Below, in pieces: positions 18,044 through 26,737 of a DNA stretch of 64,000 nt. The number at the start of each line of letters is the position of its first letter. The first letter of the stretch is position 1. Origin of the DNA: Flavobacteriales bacterium (GTDB lineage Bacteria; Bacteroidota; Bacteroidia; Flavobacteriales; UBA1820); assembly GCA_017620815.1 (NCBI GenBank), contig JAGAUI010000037.1, positions 3,047 through 67,046 on the forward strand, read 5' to 3'. The notes beneath the pieces are model-generated. The model worked only from the letters and a program-made list of their open reading frames with translations. It made no database searches and was not told the origin of the DNA. The translations under genes were made by a program, and so were the position numbers.

Positions 18044-19366
18044 ATGAAAAAAACACCATTTATCTTGATTGTTCTTTCCATACTCATAGGCTGTGGAAAT
18101 ATAGATAAAAACGTAAAGCACGATGTTCCTCATATTTATATAGATGTGGATAGCACAGAACACTATATGGACCTCACCGAGTTTCTGGATACCTCTTTCT
18201 ACCGCGTGATACCACTGGAAACCACCCCTGAATGTCTGGTGGGAAGTGAAATACAAAAAGTATTTTATCGTAATGGCAGGATATATGTATGGGAAGAACA
18301 ATCAAACGGTGTTTTTATGTTTGATGAAAACGGCAACTACCTAAATAAAATACAGACACCGGGAGAAGGTCCACAAGATTATATACAGATAGATAATGTA
18401 TGTATAACAGATAATTATATATACATACGAGATGATTATGGACAAAAGGTGCTGTACTATGACCTTGACTGTAATTTTATAAAAAGTGTTTCCACAAAAA
18501 CAATTGCACGTAATATTATTACACCTGCTCATTCCTTTATGGTGGGAGACAGGGTTTATTTTGGGATTCATTTTTTGGATAACTTCCCTAAAAGATTAGG
18601 ACAGCCATATAAATGGGTGTCATTAGATATGGATTTGGATACAAGTAGCGTTAAACGTTTTATGCCTTATGACCCTGCCGACCCATCTATTCCAGCCACT
18701 CATTTCAGTCTTCAAAGTGCAGGGAGAAATTTTTCTTATATGAATTGTGGAGATACGGTACGATTTATGATATCAAACCTTGACACCATTTATATTGCCA
18801 CACGAGATACCATAGTGCCAGAATATGTAGTGGACTTTGGAGATAAGACTCTCCCTGAAAGCATGCGTCACTGCACCTTTCACGAGAAAATGGAAAAAGA
18901 TGAATATGCCAACTATGTGGTGGGCATAAAAGGTTTATATGACACAAAAGACTACCTCATATTGGTATTTTACTGGGGGGATTATTCTATGAAAGAAATA
19001 ATGGCAGCTCTACCGGAAGAGATAAGAGATGACCGCGATAAAAAAGAGTTGTGGTTGAGAAATCACCGTCCCACCAGTGAATGTGTACTTATCTTAAATA
19101 AAAAGACAGGTGAAACCCGCCTTACCAACGGCATCAATATCAATGTGTTTAATCGCTATCCCTTTTTCTTCAGGTTCTACGATGGGCAGTATATCATGTC
19201 TGCTATGAGTGTGTTTGATGGTCTATTTGATAAGGATGGAAATGCACGCGTATATAAAACGCCAGAAAGCCCCGGCTATCAACGAGCGTTAAAAGAAGCA
19301 TATTCAAAACTCACACCTATGAGTAACCCTATTCTATATATCTATAAATTTAAAGACGTAGAGTAA
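18044..19366 (+). CDS. 6-bladed beta-propeller lipoprotein (BF3164-like family)
   Basis: 440 aa. Lipobox LIGCG. Repeated segments of the type FMFDENGNYLNKIQTPGEGPQDY are typical of Bacteroides 6-bladed propeller lipoproteins. Confidence 0.6.
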   Translation: MKKTPFILIVLSILIGCGNIDKNVKHDVPHIYIDVDSTEHYMDLTEFLDTSFYRVIPLETTPECLVGSEIQKVFYRNGRIYVWEEQSNGVFMFDENGNYLNKIQTPGEGPQDYIQIDNVCITDNYIYIRDDYGQKVLYYDLDCNFIKSVSTKTIARNIITPAHSFMVGDRVYFGIHFLDNFPKRLGQPYKWVSLDMDLDTSSVKRFMPYDPADPSIPATHFSLQSAGRNFSYMNCGDTVRFMISNLDTIYIATRDTIVPEYVVDFGDKTLPESMRHCTFHEKMEKDEYANYVVGIKGLYDTKDYLILVFYWGDYSMKEIMAALPEEIRDDRDKKELWLRNHRPTSECVLILNKKTGETRLTNGININVFNRYPFFFRFYDGQYIMSAMSVFDGLFDKDGNARVYKTPESPGYQRALKEAYSKLTPMSNPILYIYKFKDVE

Positions 19367-19402
19367 ATTCATTTAGGTATATAAGATTTAAAACTAAAAC
19401 CC

Positions 19403-19428
19403 CCGCCACGAGTGGCGGTTTTTTTTTT
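19403..19428 (+). terminator. Rho-independent terminator after the propeller gene
   Basis: Stem ccgcca/tggcgg followed by a 10-nt T-run. Confidence 0.75.
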
Positions 19429-19487
19429 CGGCATAACTATTTAAAACCGCCAGCAGGTGCTACCTGCCAGCGGCAGGGCTTCCCTGC

Positions 19488-20201
19488 TTATTGTGCTGGG
19501 ACTTCTTTCTCGTTGGTTTTGGGTTTAACCTCTTGGATATGCCCGTCTTCCTCTATACGCAATGTGCGGGCAGGGAACTTGAGTATCATAGTGTAGTCGT
19601 GTGTAGCCATTACAACTGCCGTACCATGAGTCTGGTTTATATGACGCAATAGTCGCATTATCTCGGCCGAAGTGTTTGGGTCTAGGTTACCAGTGGGTTC
19701 ATCGGCTATGATGACATCGGGACTGTTAAGCAAGGCACGGGCTATGGCTATGCGTTGCTGTTCTCCTCCCGAAAGCTGGAATATCTCACGTCCTTCGCTG
19801 CCTTCCATGCCTACGCTTTTAAGCACTTCTAGGATGCGTTCTTTCATTTTGACCTCGTCCTTCCAGCCAGTAGCCCTTAATACAAATGACAGGTTTTGGA
19901 ATACATTGCGGTCTGAAAGCAATTGGAAATCCTGAAATACTATACCCAGTTTACGCCGCAAAAAAGGTATTTTACTCTCTGGTAGGTGACGAAGGTCAAA
20001 CCCAGCCACCATTCCTTCTCCTTCGTTAAGAGGGAGGTCGGCATACAGCACGCGTAGTAGTGTACTCTTACCGCTACCAGTCTTACCTATCAAGTAAACA
20101 AATTCGCCTTCGTCTATGTTTATGTCCACGTCATGTAGAACAGCTTTGGTGCGTTGTCCTACTATGGGAGCGTTTATATGTAGTATGGATTTTGTGCTCA
20201 T
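19488..20201 (-). CDS. ftsE: FtsE-like ABC transporter ATP-binding protein
   Basis: 237 aa. Walker [10 protein letters not shown], signature LSGGEQQR and Walker B VIIADEP. Size and sequence are typical of FtsE. Confidence 0.7.
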   Translation of the reverse strand: MSTKSILHINAPIVGQRTKAVLHDVDINIDEGEFVYLIGKTGSGKSTLLRVLYADLPLNEGEGMVAGFDLRHLPESKIPFLRRKLGIVFQDFQLLSDRNVFQNLSFVLRATGWKDEVKMKERILEVLKSVGMEGSEGREIFQLSGGEQQRIAIARALLNSPDVIIADEPTGNLDPNTSAEIMRLLRHINQTHGTAVVMATHDYTMILKFPARTLRIEEDGHIQEVKPKTNEKEVPAQ

Positions 20202-20207
20202 GGGTTT

Positions 20208-21953
20208 TTATTCTTCTATGATGGAATTATAGCATAGTTTCTGTATGCGGTTGCGATATGAACCACGGGAAAGTTGGTTGTTGTTCATTGATTCAAATGT
20301 ACGGTTGGATAGGAAGATGTATATCATATCGGCTTCGGGGTCTATCCATACTGCTGTACCTGTAAATCCTGTATGTCCAAACGTAGCAGGCCCCATAATC
20401 TTGTTGGAGAAAGATGGACGGTCAAATCCCAGACCGCGGTAGTTGCCTTCATTGCAATAATAGCATGATGAGAATAGTTTTACAGTGCTTTCATTGATGT
20501 AACGGATGCCGCCATACTCTCCTTTCCATAGGTACATCTGTGCCATTTTGGCCATATCGTCGGCAGTAGAGAAAAGACCTGCGTGACCGCTTACACCATC
20601 TAGGAATGCTGCTGCCATATCATGTACATAGCCTTGTACTATAGTGTGTCGCCAGTATTTCTCGTTTTCAGATGGTACTATCATATTGCGGGAGAATCTA
20701 TCCAGTGGGTTATATCCACTCTTCCAAGCACCTATAGAACGATATAGATTATCCTGTACCAGAGTGTCTAGTCTGTTACCATAGAACTGTTCTGCCATCT
20801 GACGGAATATAAAAAACGCAAAGTCTGAATAAACGTATTTTTTATCATCGCGTACAGGAGATTCTATCATTTGTTTTTCTATGGTATCTGTGATAGAATC
20901 TATGGCATACATACCATCTACTACCTTGTGAGAGAAGCCCGGTGTAGGAGTAGTGCGGTAGTATTGAGGTAGAGGTTCGTCGTTTTCATCTAGTGTCTGC
21001 AAGTAATATGGTATCCAAGCCTTGAGCCCTGCACGGTGGGTGAGGATATCGGCTAGTATCATGTTTTCTTTATTGGTGCCTTTGAATTTGGGCATTACAT
21101 CGCCTAGACGGTCATCTAGTTTTATTTTGCCTTCGTCATATAGTTTCATGACAAATGGAAGGCAAGCCATCACTTTGGTAACCGATGCCATGTCATATAT
21201 CATATCTCCTGTTACAGGTAGGGATTCTTTCATATCTCCCATAGTAGTACCAGTCCAGCGGTCATAAACCACACGTCCATGACGAGCTACTAGAACGTGG
21301 ACTCCCGGAGCAGCACCACTGCTTACCACTTCATTCATTATATTATCTATTTTGGCGAGAGAGTCTGCACTCATACCTACTTGGCTAGGAAGACCATAGG
21401 ATAGACGTTTTACAGAACGATTTTCATCTCCTATACCTCCAAAGATAAGCGAAGCGGCAGCTATCTGTGAGAAATATGAGGTAGAAGAAGCATATACTAC
21501 ATTGGAAGAGCATTCTTCTATTTTTCTTTTTACAAATGAACTCTTTTCTCCAAATGATGCGATGATGGTACGTGGGTGAGCCGCTAGTGTCTGAAGAAGA
21601 GCTATGTCTGCACGACCATCTGTGTATGAGATGATGAGTATGTCTTTTTCTGTAAGTTTTTTAAGCTCTACACGGGATATGGGATTTATCTGTACATAGC
21701 GGGAGAGGTATTTGACAAATGTAGGTGTCTGTTCCCCACAATGTAAGTAGTAGAAACGACCTTCGTCTAGACGTGCAACGGGTATCATATCACCCTGCCA
21801 TTTGAGGTCTTTTTCGGCCATATCCATCACCATAGCCGAATCCTTGGTCTGTGATAAATTGCGAATGGCTCTAGTATAAGAATTGTCGGCATCTGTGCCA
21901 TACATTGCCATTGTAGCTGCTACTAGAAGTAGCATAGAGTATAGATATTTCAT
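20208..21953 (-). CDS. Serine hydrolase of the beta-lactamase/PBP family, with an N-terminal extra domain
   Basis: 581 aa with a signal peptide. SxxK motif SVTK, a YSD (YxN-like) motif and an HTG(FTG) motif. Confidence 0.75.
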   Translation of the reverse strand: MKYLYSMLLLVAATMAMYGTDADNSYTRAIRNLSQTKDSAMVMDMAEKDLKWQGDMIPVARLDEGRFYYLHCGEQTPTFVKYLSRYVQINPISRVELKKLTEKDILIISYTDGRADIALLQTLAAHPRTIIASFGEKSSFVKRKIEECSSNVVYASSTSYFSQIAAASLIFGGIGDENRSVKRLSYGLPSQVGMSADSLAKIDNIMNEVVSSGAAPGVHVLVARHGRVVYDRWTGTTMGDMKESLPVTGDMIYDMASVTKVMACLPFVMKLYDEGKIKLDDRLGDVMPKFKGTNKENMILADILTHRAGLKAWIPYYLQTLDENDEPLPQYYRTTPTPGFSHKVVDGMYAIDSITDTIEKQMIESPVRDDKKYVYSDFAFFIFRQMAEQFYGNRLDTLVQDNLYRSIGAWKSGYNPLDRFSRNMIVPSENEKYWRHTIVQGYVHDMAAAFLDGVSGHAGLFSTADDMAKMAQMYLWKGEYGGIRYINESTVKLFSSCYYCNEGNYRGLGFDRPSFSNKIMGPATFGHTGFTGTAVWIDPEADMIYIFLSNRTFESMNNNQLSRGSYRNRIQKLCYNSIIEE

Positions 21954-21983
21954 ATAGATATGATAGTTTATTGTGTATTCTTA

Positions 21984-22445
21984 TTATAAGTCTATTCTTT
22001 TCCCATCTTTAAGTGCTATCACAAATGCCGATGTATATCCCGCTTTACGAGCCTTTGGAACCATTGCATCTGCATCGGCTTTGGAGGGGAAACCTCCAGC
22101 ACAGTATTTGTAGAGTCCGTTATGGGTATAGCGGGTTATCTTACCTAGGCGGGACGCTGCTTTTTTCTGTTCTACATCGGCTTGCACGCGAGAGTAGAAA
22201 AGTTGGACGTAATAAAGTCGCCCGTCAGATGTCGTGGCAGTGGGTTTGCTTTCTGGCAGAATGGTTTTTTCCTCACTCGTAGAGGCTGGAGTAGCAGTCG
22301 TTGTGGCAGCAGGAGCAAATGCTTGTTCCAAAGCACTTTTTAAGCGTTCGCTTTCGGCATTTTGAGCCATAGATGGACTCGCCCACGATAATGTGAGGAT
22401 GATGGTGATGATTATAGCGTGGATATAATGTTTCATATTGCTCAC
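21984..22445 (-). CDS. SPOR domain-containing protein
   Basis: 153 aa with a signal peptide. C-terminal segment YYVQLFYSR...YKYCAGGFPSKADADAMVPKARKAGYTSAFV is a typical SPOR fold sequence. Confidence 0.8.
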   Translation of the reverse strand: MSNMKHYIHAIIITIILTLSWASPSMAQNAESERLKSALEQAFAPAATTTATPASTSEEKTILPESKPTATTSDGRLYYVQLFYSRVQADVEQKKAASRLGKITRYTHNGLYKYCAGGFPSKADADAMVPKARKAGYTSAFVIALKDGKRIDL

Positions 22446-22467
22446 TTATCTATGTGTTACACGAGTA

Positions 22468-22475
22468 CAAATATA
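22468..22475 (-). promoter_or_regulatory. -7 promoter box (TATATTTG) upstream of the SPOR gene
   Basis: Matches TAnnTTTG on the minus strand, 23 nt upstream of the ATG at 22445. Confidence 0.45.
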
Positions 22476-22508
22476 TGCAATGATAATCTCAATGACAAAA
22501 AATAATCG

Positions 22509-23231
22509 TTATATACATTCGGCAACTAGTATAGCTATATCCTTGATAATGGTGCTGTCTTCATTGCGTGCAGAAAGTAGCATGTCATGACACACAGGGC
22601 AAGCAGTGATAATAACATCGCTAGCGGTGGATAGCAGCTGCTCATATCTCATTATAGAAACCTTTACTGGTATGGAAGATGTGTCCAGAAATGCCCCTCC
22701 TCCACAGCAGATAGACATACGAGAGTGATGTGGTGCTTCTATGAGTGTAGCTCCTAGGTGATTTAATATATAGCGTACAGCATCGGTTTTTCCTATGCGT
22801 GAAAGACGACAGGGGTCGTGATAAGTTATGCGTTTTTTCTCTAGAGCCTTTTTTATAGGAAGCAAATCCTGTGATATGAGAGCAGCTATAAAATCGCTAT
22901 GATGATATACCTCTATGTCTAGTCCCATAGCTGTATAGTATCCTTTTATGACATTATAACTATGAGGGCAGGGAGTGATTATATGTTTAAGCCCACTGCG
23001 AGTGATAGTGTCTATGTTTCTGCGGGCACATATCTCAAATGTGTATTCGTCACCACGATATCTCAACTCTTCGCTGCAATCACATTCTTCTACACATATG
23101 TACTTGACACCAGATGTAGTGAGAATATGTGTAAGACTTTCTCTCATATCACTGGAGAGGGTATAAGCACTGCTGCCCCACCATAGTATGTAGGTAGTAT
23201 CAAGGTCTATGTGTGCAGTAGTGTTTTTCAT
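22509..23231 (-). CDS. (Fe-S)-binding CCG-domain protein (HdrD C-terminal/LutA-like)
   Basis: 240 aa. Motifs CPHSYN and DPCRLSR...CCGGG...CPVCHD. There is a 4-nt overlap with the upstream membrane Fe-S gene. Confidence 0.75.
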   Translation of the reverse strand: MKNTTAHIDLDTTYILWWGSSAYTLSSDMRESLTHILTTSGVKYICVEECDCSEELRYRGDEYTFEICARRNIDTITRSGLKHIITPCPHSYNVIKGYYTAMGLDIEVYHHSDFIAALISQDLLPIKKALEKKRITYHDPCRLSRIGKTDAVRYILNHLGATLIEAPHHSRMSICCGGGAFLDTSSIPVKVSIMRYEQLLSTASDVIITACPVCHDMLLSARNEDSTIIKDIAILVAECI

Positions 23232-24283
23232 CTTTTATCTAGATATGTGGGTAGAGGATATGAACTGTTCTGTGTGCTTTGCGAAGCGGTGTGATATGAT
23301 GATGGCATGTATCCTTTTTCCAGATGTGCATAGCGTTTGACTTCCCATAGTAGTTTCATAGGGTTGATACCTACGGGGCAAGCGGCTCTACATGCTCCAC
23401 AAGATATGCACATAGATATAAAATTATCATCCAGTGCATCGGGATAGAAATTGACTCCCTTTTCTATGGAGTATCTTATACGGGTGGTTATTTCCATAGG
23501 GGAAAATTCCTCGCCTACTAGGTAGGGAGGACATAGCTCTACACAACGTCCGCATTGGGTACAGGAAAACACTCCCAATACATCTAGACGTGATAGTTCG
23601 TTGGCATTTGAGGCACCCATAGTAGTCGTACTTGCGTCTATGGATGCTGCCTTACCTTCCATCATATCCATCATAGCACATACTCCGCTTACTCTTTCCA
23701 TGTCATAAACACCTCGTCCACGGTTGAGATATCTATATATCCAAGCTGTGATGATATGCAGGTGTTTGGAGTATGTGATATACACAGCAAATGACGCTAG
23801 TGTGATATAGTGTGCCGTATCAAAACCTTGAAGTCCATATATAGAAGCTATAAGTGTTGCTCCAGATACTATTTCTAGTAGGAGAATGGTGTATGCATCT
23901 AGACGTTGGGAGGGAGAAAGAGTTGAAAATCGCATGGGACGTATAAAACATCTCCTCATTATGAATATCATAGCGGCTATAATAGCCCCCACAGCCCATA
24001 CCGATGCTATGATATCCCATAGTTCATTCTCTATGCCCAATAACGAACTAATGCTATGAGCCGTCATTGTAATAAAGGCCAAAACCAGAACGGTATGCAA
24101 TACCCCCGCTATCGTATGGGAAAAAAACACCCCTACACCATCATCATATATAGGTGAATGTGTAGGGTGTGGAGTCTTGTAAGCAGATTTTATCTTTTTA
24201 TATAGAAAGCATACTCTATAAAGCAGTGCGATAGCAAGCACCGCATATACGGCTATAAGTATGATGCTCCCTAGATGTGTCAA
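23228..24283 (-). CDS. Membrane protein with a C-terminal 2x[4Fe-4S] domain (DsrM/HdrE-like plus ferredoxin)
   Basis: 351 aa. About 5-6 TM helices, then CTQCGRCVELCP and CISCGACRAACPVG. Together with 22509-23231 it has the same domain order as the fused 615-aa protein. Confidence 0.75.
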   Translation of the reverse strand: MTHLGSIILIAVYAVLAIALLYRVCFLYKKIKSAYKTPHPTHSPIYDDGVGVFFSHTIAGVLHTVLVLAFITMTAHSISSLLGIENELWDIIASVWAVGAIIAAMIFIMRRCFIRPMRFSTLSPSQRLDAYTILLLEIVSGATLIASIYGLQGFDTAHYITLASFAVYITYSKHLHIITAWIYRYLNRGRGVYDMERVSGVCAMMDMMEGKAASIDASTTTMGASNANELSRLDVLGVFSCTQCGRCVELCPPYLVGEEFSPMEITTRIRYSIEKGVNFYPDALDDNFISMCISCGACRAACPVGINPMKLLWEVKRYAHLEKGYMPSSYHTASQSTQNSSYPLPTYLDKR

Positions 24284-24294
24284 GTGTGTTTATC

Positions 24295-25275
24295 CTAATT
24301 TTTTCTGGCTCTATCTCTCAATCGTTCTGCGGCGATAGAGTCTTTGACTATTTTCTTTTCTGTGCGTTCCTTCTTTCCAAATACTGTTACGTTGATGTAC
24401 TTTTTGGGGTTTTCCTTGATGTCTTCTATCAGTAGGCCTAGTGATGATGTAGCATTGGAAAGATTTTGGTACAGGTTCTCGTCATATATCATACCGCCTA
24501 TCGTGCCCTCTCCCGAAGCTATCTTACTAGATATGGCATTTAGTTGTGCCATGGTGTTTTCTAGGTCTTTGAGGGTGCGGGATAGGCTGGCTGTGTCTAG
24601 CACTGAATTTAGTTTTTCAAGGCTAGATGCTGTGTTGAGAGCTATGGTGGAAAGGTGGGCTTTGTTTTCCTTTAATAGTGATTCTGTATGAGCTGTAACG
24701 CCTTCCATATTTTTAAGTGTTACAGATAGCGAAGCTATGCTGCGGGAAAGGTTTTCGCGGGTAGAGTCGTTAAGTACAGAATGAATGTCTTTAAGTACAG
24801 AGTCCATAGTAGATAGAGTAACTGTGAGTTGCTCCTTGATAGGGTTTATAGCTCCAAATATAGCATCTGTCATCCCTCCTGCTATGCGAGAATTTAGGGT
24901 GTCGCCTCTTTCGGCCATCACTTCGCCTGGAAGAAGGACTATTTTCATCTCTACGTCAGACATAAGACCTTCGCCCTGAGAGATTTCGGCTATTGAATTC
25001 TTGGAAAAGTGGTAATCTTTATCCACTTCAAATTTTACGGTAACACTATTTAAGGTCTCCGATGAAAACTCTATGGCCGATACTATACCTACTCTTACTC
25101 CGTTTATTTTTACAGGACGGCCTGTCTGTAGTCCTCCCGATGTAGGGTAGATAGCATAGTAGTAATCGTTGGGGTTGAAAAAGTTATATCCCTTTATAAA
25201 ATTGAGTACCCATATAAATGATACTAGAATTACTAGGCTTACAAGTCCTATCTTAAATTCTTTCCCGTATTTCAA
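24295..25275 (-). CDS. MlaD/MCE-family protein
   Basis: 326 aa. N-terminal TM, an MCE domain (GLQTGRPVKINGVRVGIV) and a long helical C-terminus. Confidence 0.8.
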   Translation of the reverse strand: MKYGKEFKIGLVSLVILVSFIWVLNFIKGYNFFNPNDYYYAIYPTSGGLQTGRPVKINGVRVGIVSAIEFSSETLNSVTVKFEVDKDYHFSKNSIAEISQGEGLMSDVEMKIVLLPGEVMAERGDTLNSRIAGGMTDAIFGAINPIKEQLTVTLSTMDSVLKDIHSVLNDSTRENLSRSIASLSVTLKNMEGVTAHTESLLKENKAHLSTIALNTASSLEKLNSVLDTASLSRTLKDLENTMAQLNAISSKIASGEGTIGGMIYDENLYQNLSNATSSLGLLIEDIKENPKKYINVTVFGKKERTEKKIVKDSIAAERLRDRARKN

Positions 25276-25362
25276 ATCTCTATGTGGTTTATAGTTAATG
25301 TTTTATTTTTTATCTTTCCCAGTGTGCAAATGTACGTAAAATTTCCAATACCATACTGCTAC

Positions 25363-26502
25363 TTACTCCCCTGTCATGCTGCGAGCGGTGTTCACGTTTA
25401 CCTTTTCTTTGTTCTTAAAGGCTATGATAAAGGCATCTTTGGCTCCTTTCTTGCGGGCATCGGATAGGTCTTTGAGGGCTTGGGCATAACTGCTTACACG
25501 GCGAGTAGTGTATTTATACATATTGCCTTCCTTGAAGTAGGTTACATCACTGAATCGTCTTAGCAAAACGTTGGTGCGGGTGCCTAGAGCTTTGCTGGAT
25601 GAGGTGAGCTGCACGCAATACTCTATCTTATCTACTGGGGCAGCAGGCGTAGGCTCTGCCATAGGGGCGGGTGAACTCTCTACTTCCGCTGTGGGGTGGG
25701 ATATATCATAAGTGCGGGCTTTGTAGTCTTTGAGGGCTTGGAATAGGGCTAGTGCCATAGCGTTCTGTCCTTTTTCTGAATGTAGGAATGCTTCTTCGGC
25801 AGGATTGGTAAGGAAACCCAGCTCCACCAGTACCGATGGGCATGTGCAAGCATATGTTACATAGATAATGGCTTGGACTATATGGCGGTCTTTACGCCCT
25901 CCTGTGCTACACATATATTTCTGTGTAAGGTCTGCAAAGACTATGCTACTGCGTATGGTGGAAAATTGTTCCAATGATTTGCCTATGTTTGCCAGAGGGT
26001 CGTTGATGTTAAAGTTTTTATAGTTTTCTTGGTGGTTTTCTTCTAGTACTATGTAGGCATTCTCACGTTTGGATATTTCAAGGTTGGCACTGGCACGTTC
26101 GGTAGCCATTACGAGGGTTTCGGCTCCGGTGGCTTGTGGATTGGCTGCGGCGTTACAGTGTATGGACAGGAAGAGATGTGCGTGGTTTTTATTGGCTAGA
26201 CGGGCACGGGACTGGAGGGTAGGATACACGTCTGTGCGACGGGTCATAAGGATTTTGACGTCTTTCATGTTATCCTTGATGAGTTTTTCCAGTTTGAGGG
26301 CTACATCCAGAACTACGTGTTTTTCATATATCTTGGTGCGGCGAGTACCTAGCGTTCCAGCATCGGCACCGCCATGTCCTGGGTCAATAACCAGTACAAA
26401 TGGGTCATCGGTAGTTGTTTCTTGGGCGTAAAGAGTAGAGGAAAACAACCCAATAATGGATATAAAAACAATGGTTTTTATCTTAAAAAACGTATTTAAC
26501 AT
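25363..26502 (-). CDS. N-acetylmuramoyl-L-alanine amidase (Amidase_3) with a C-terminal SPOR domain
   Basis: 379 aa with a signal peptide. Zn-amidase motif IDPGHGGADAGT. The C-terminal segment YCVQLTSSS...YKYTTRRVSSYAQALKDLSDARKKGAKDAFIIA is SPOR-like. Confidence 0.88.
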   Translation of the reverse strand: MLNTFFKIKTIVFISIIGLFSSTLYAQETTTDDPFVLVIDPGHGGADAGTLGTRRTKIYEKHVVLDVALKLEKLIKDNMKDVKILMTRRTDVYPTLQSRARLANKNHAHLFLSIHCNAAANPQATGAETLVMATERASANLEISKRENAYIVLEENHQENYKNFNINDPLANIGKSLEQFSTIRSSIVFADLTQKYMCSTGGRKDRHIVQAIIYVTYACTCPSVLVELGFLTNPAEEAFLHSEKGQNAMALALFQALKDYKARTYDISHPTAEVESSPAPMAEPTPAAPVDKIEYCVQLTSSSKALGTRTNVLLRRFSDVTYFKEGNMYKYTTRRVSSYAQALKDLSDARKKGAKDAFIIAFKNKEKVNVNTARSMTGE

Positions 26503-26737
26503 CTTTTTTGTCTATATTGATTTTGTGGTGTAACATGTTGTATTGTAGTCTTTTATGTGAGAAAAACGGGGTTTTTCTTCATCGGGAGTGAGATTTTATT
26601 CTCGATGGGGAAAAAAAGCCTTAAATAAGACGTAAAATTTCAGTATTTTTGACGCTTGTAAATTGGCATAGTTTTACCCACAAGTAAGACTGTACAAAAG
26701 TATAGGTTTTTCTCATATAAAAGAAAAAAAATAAGCA

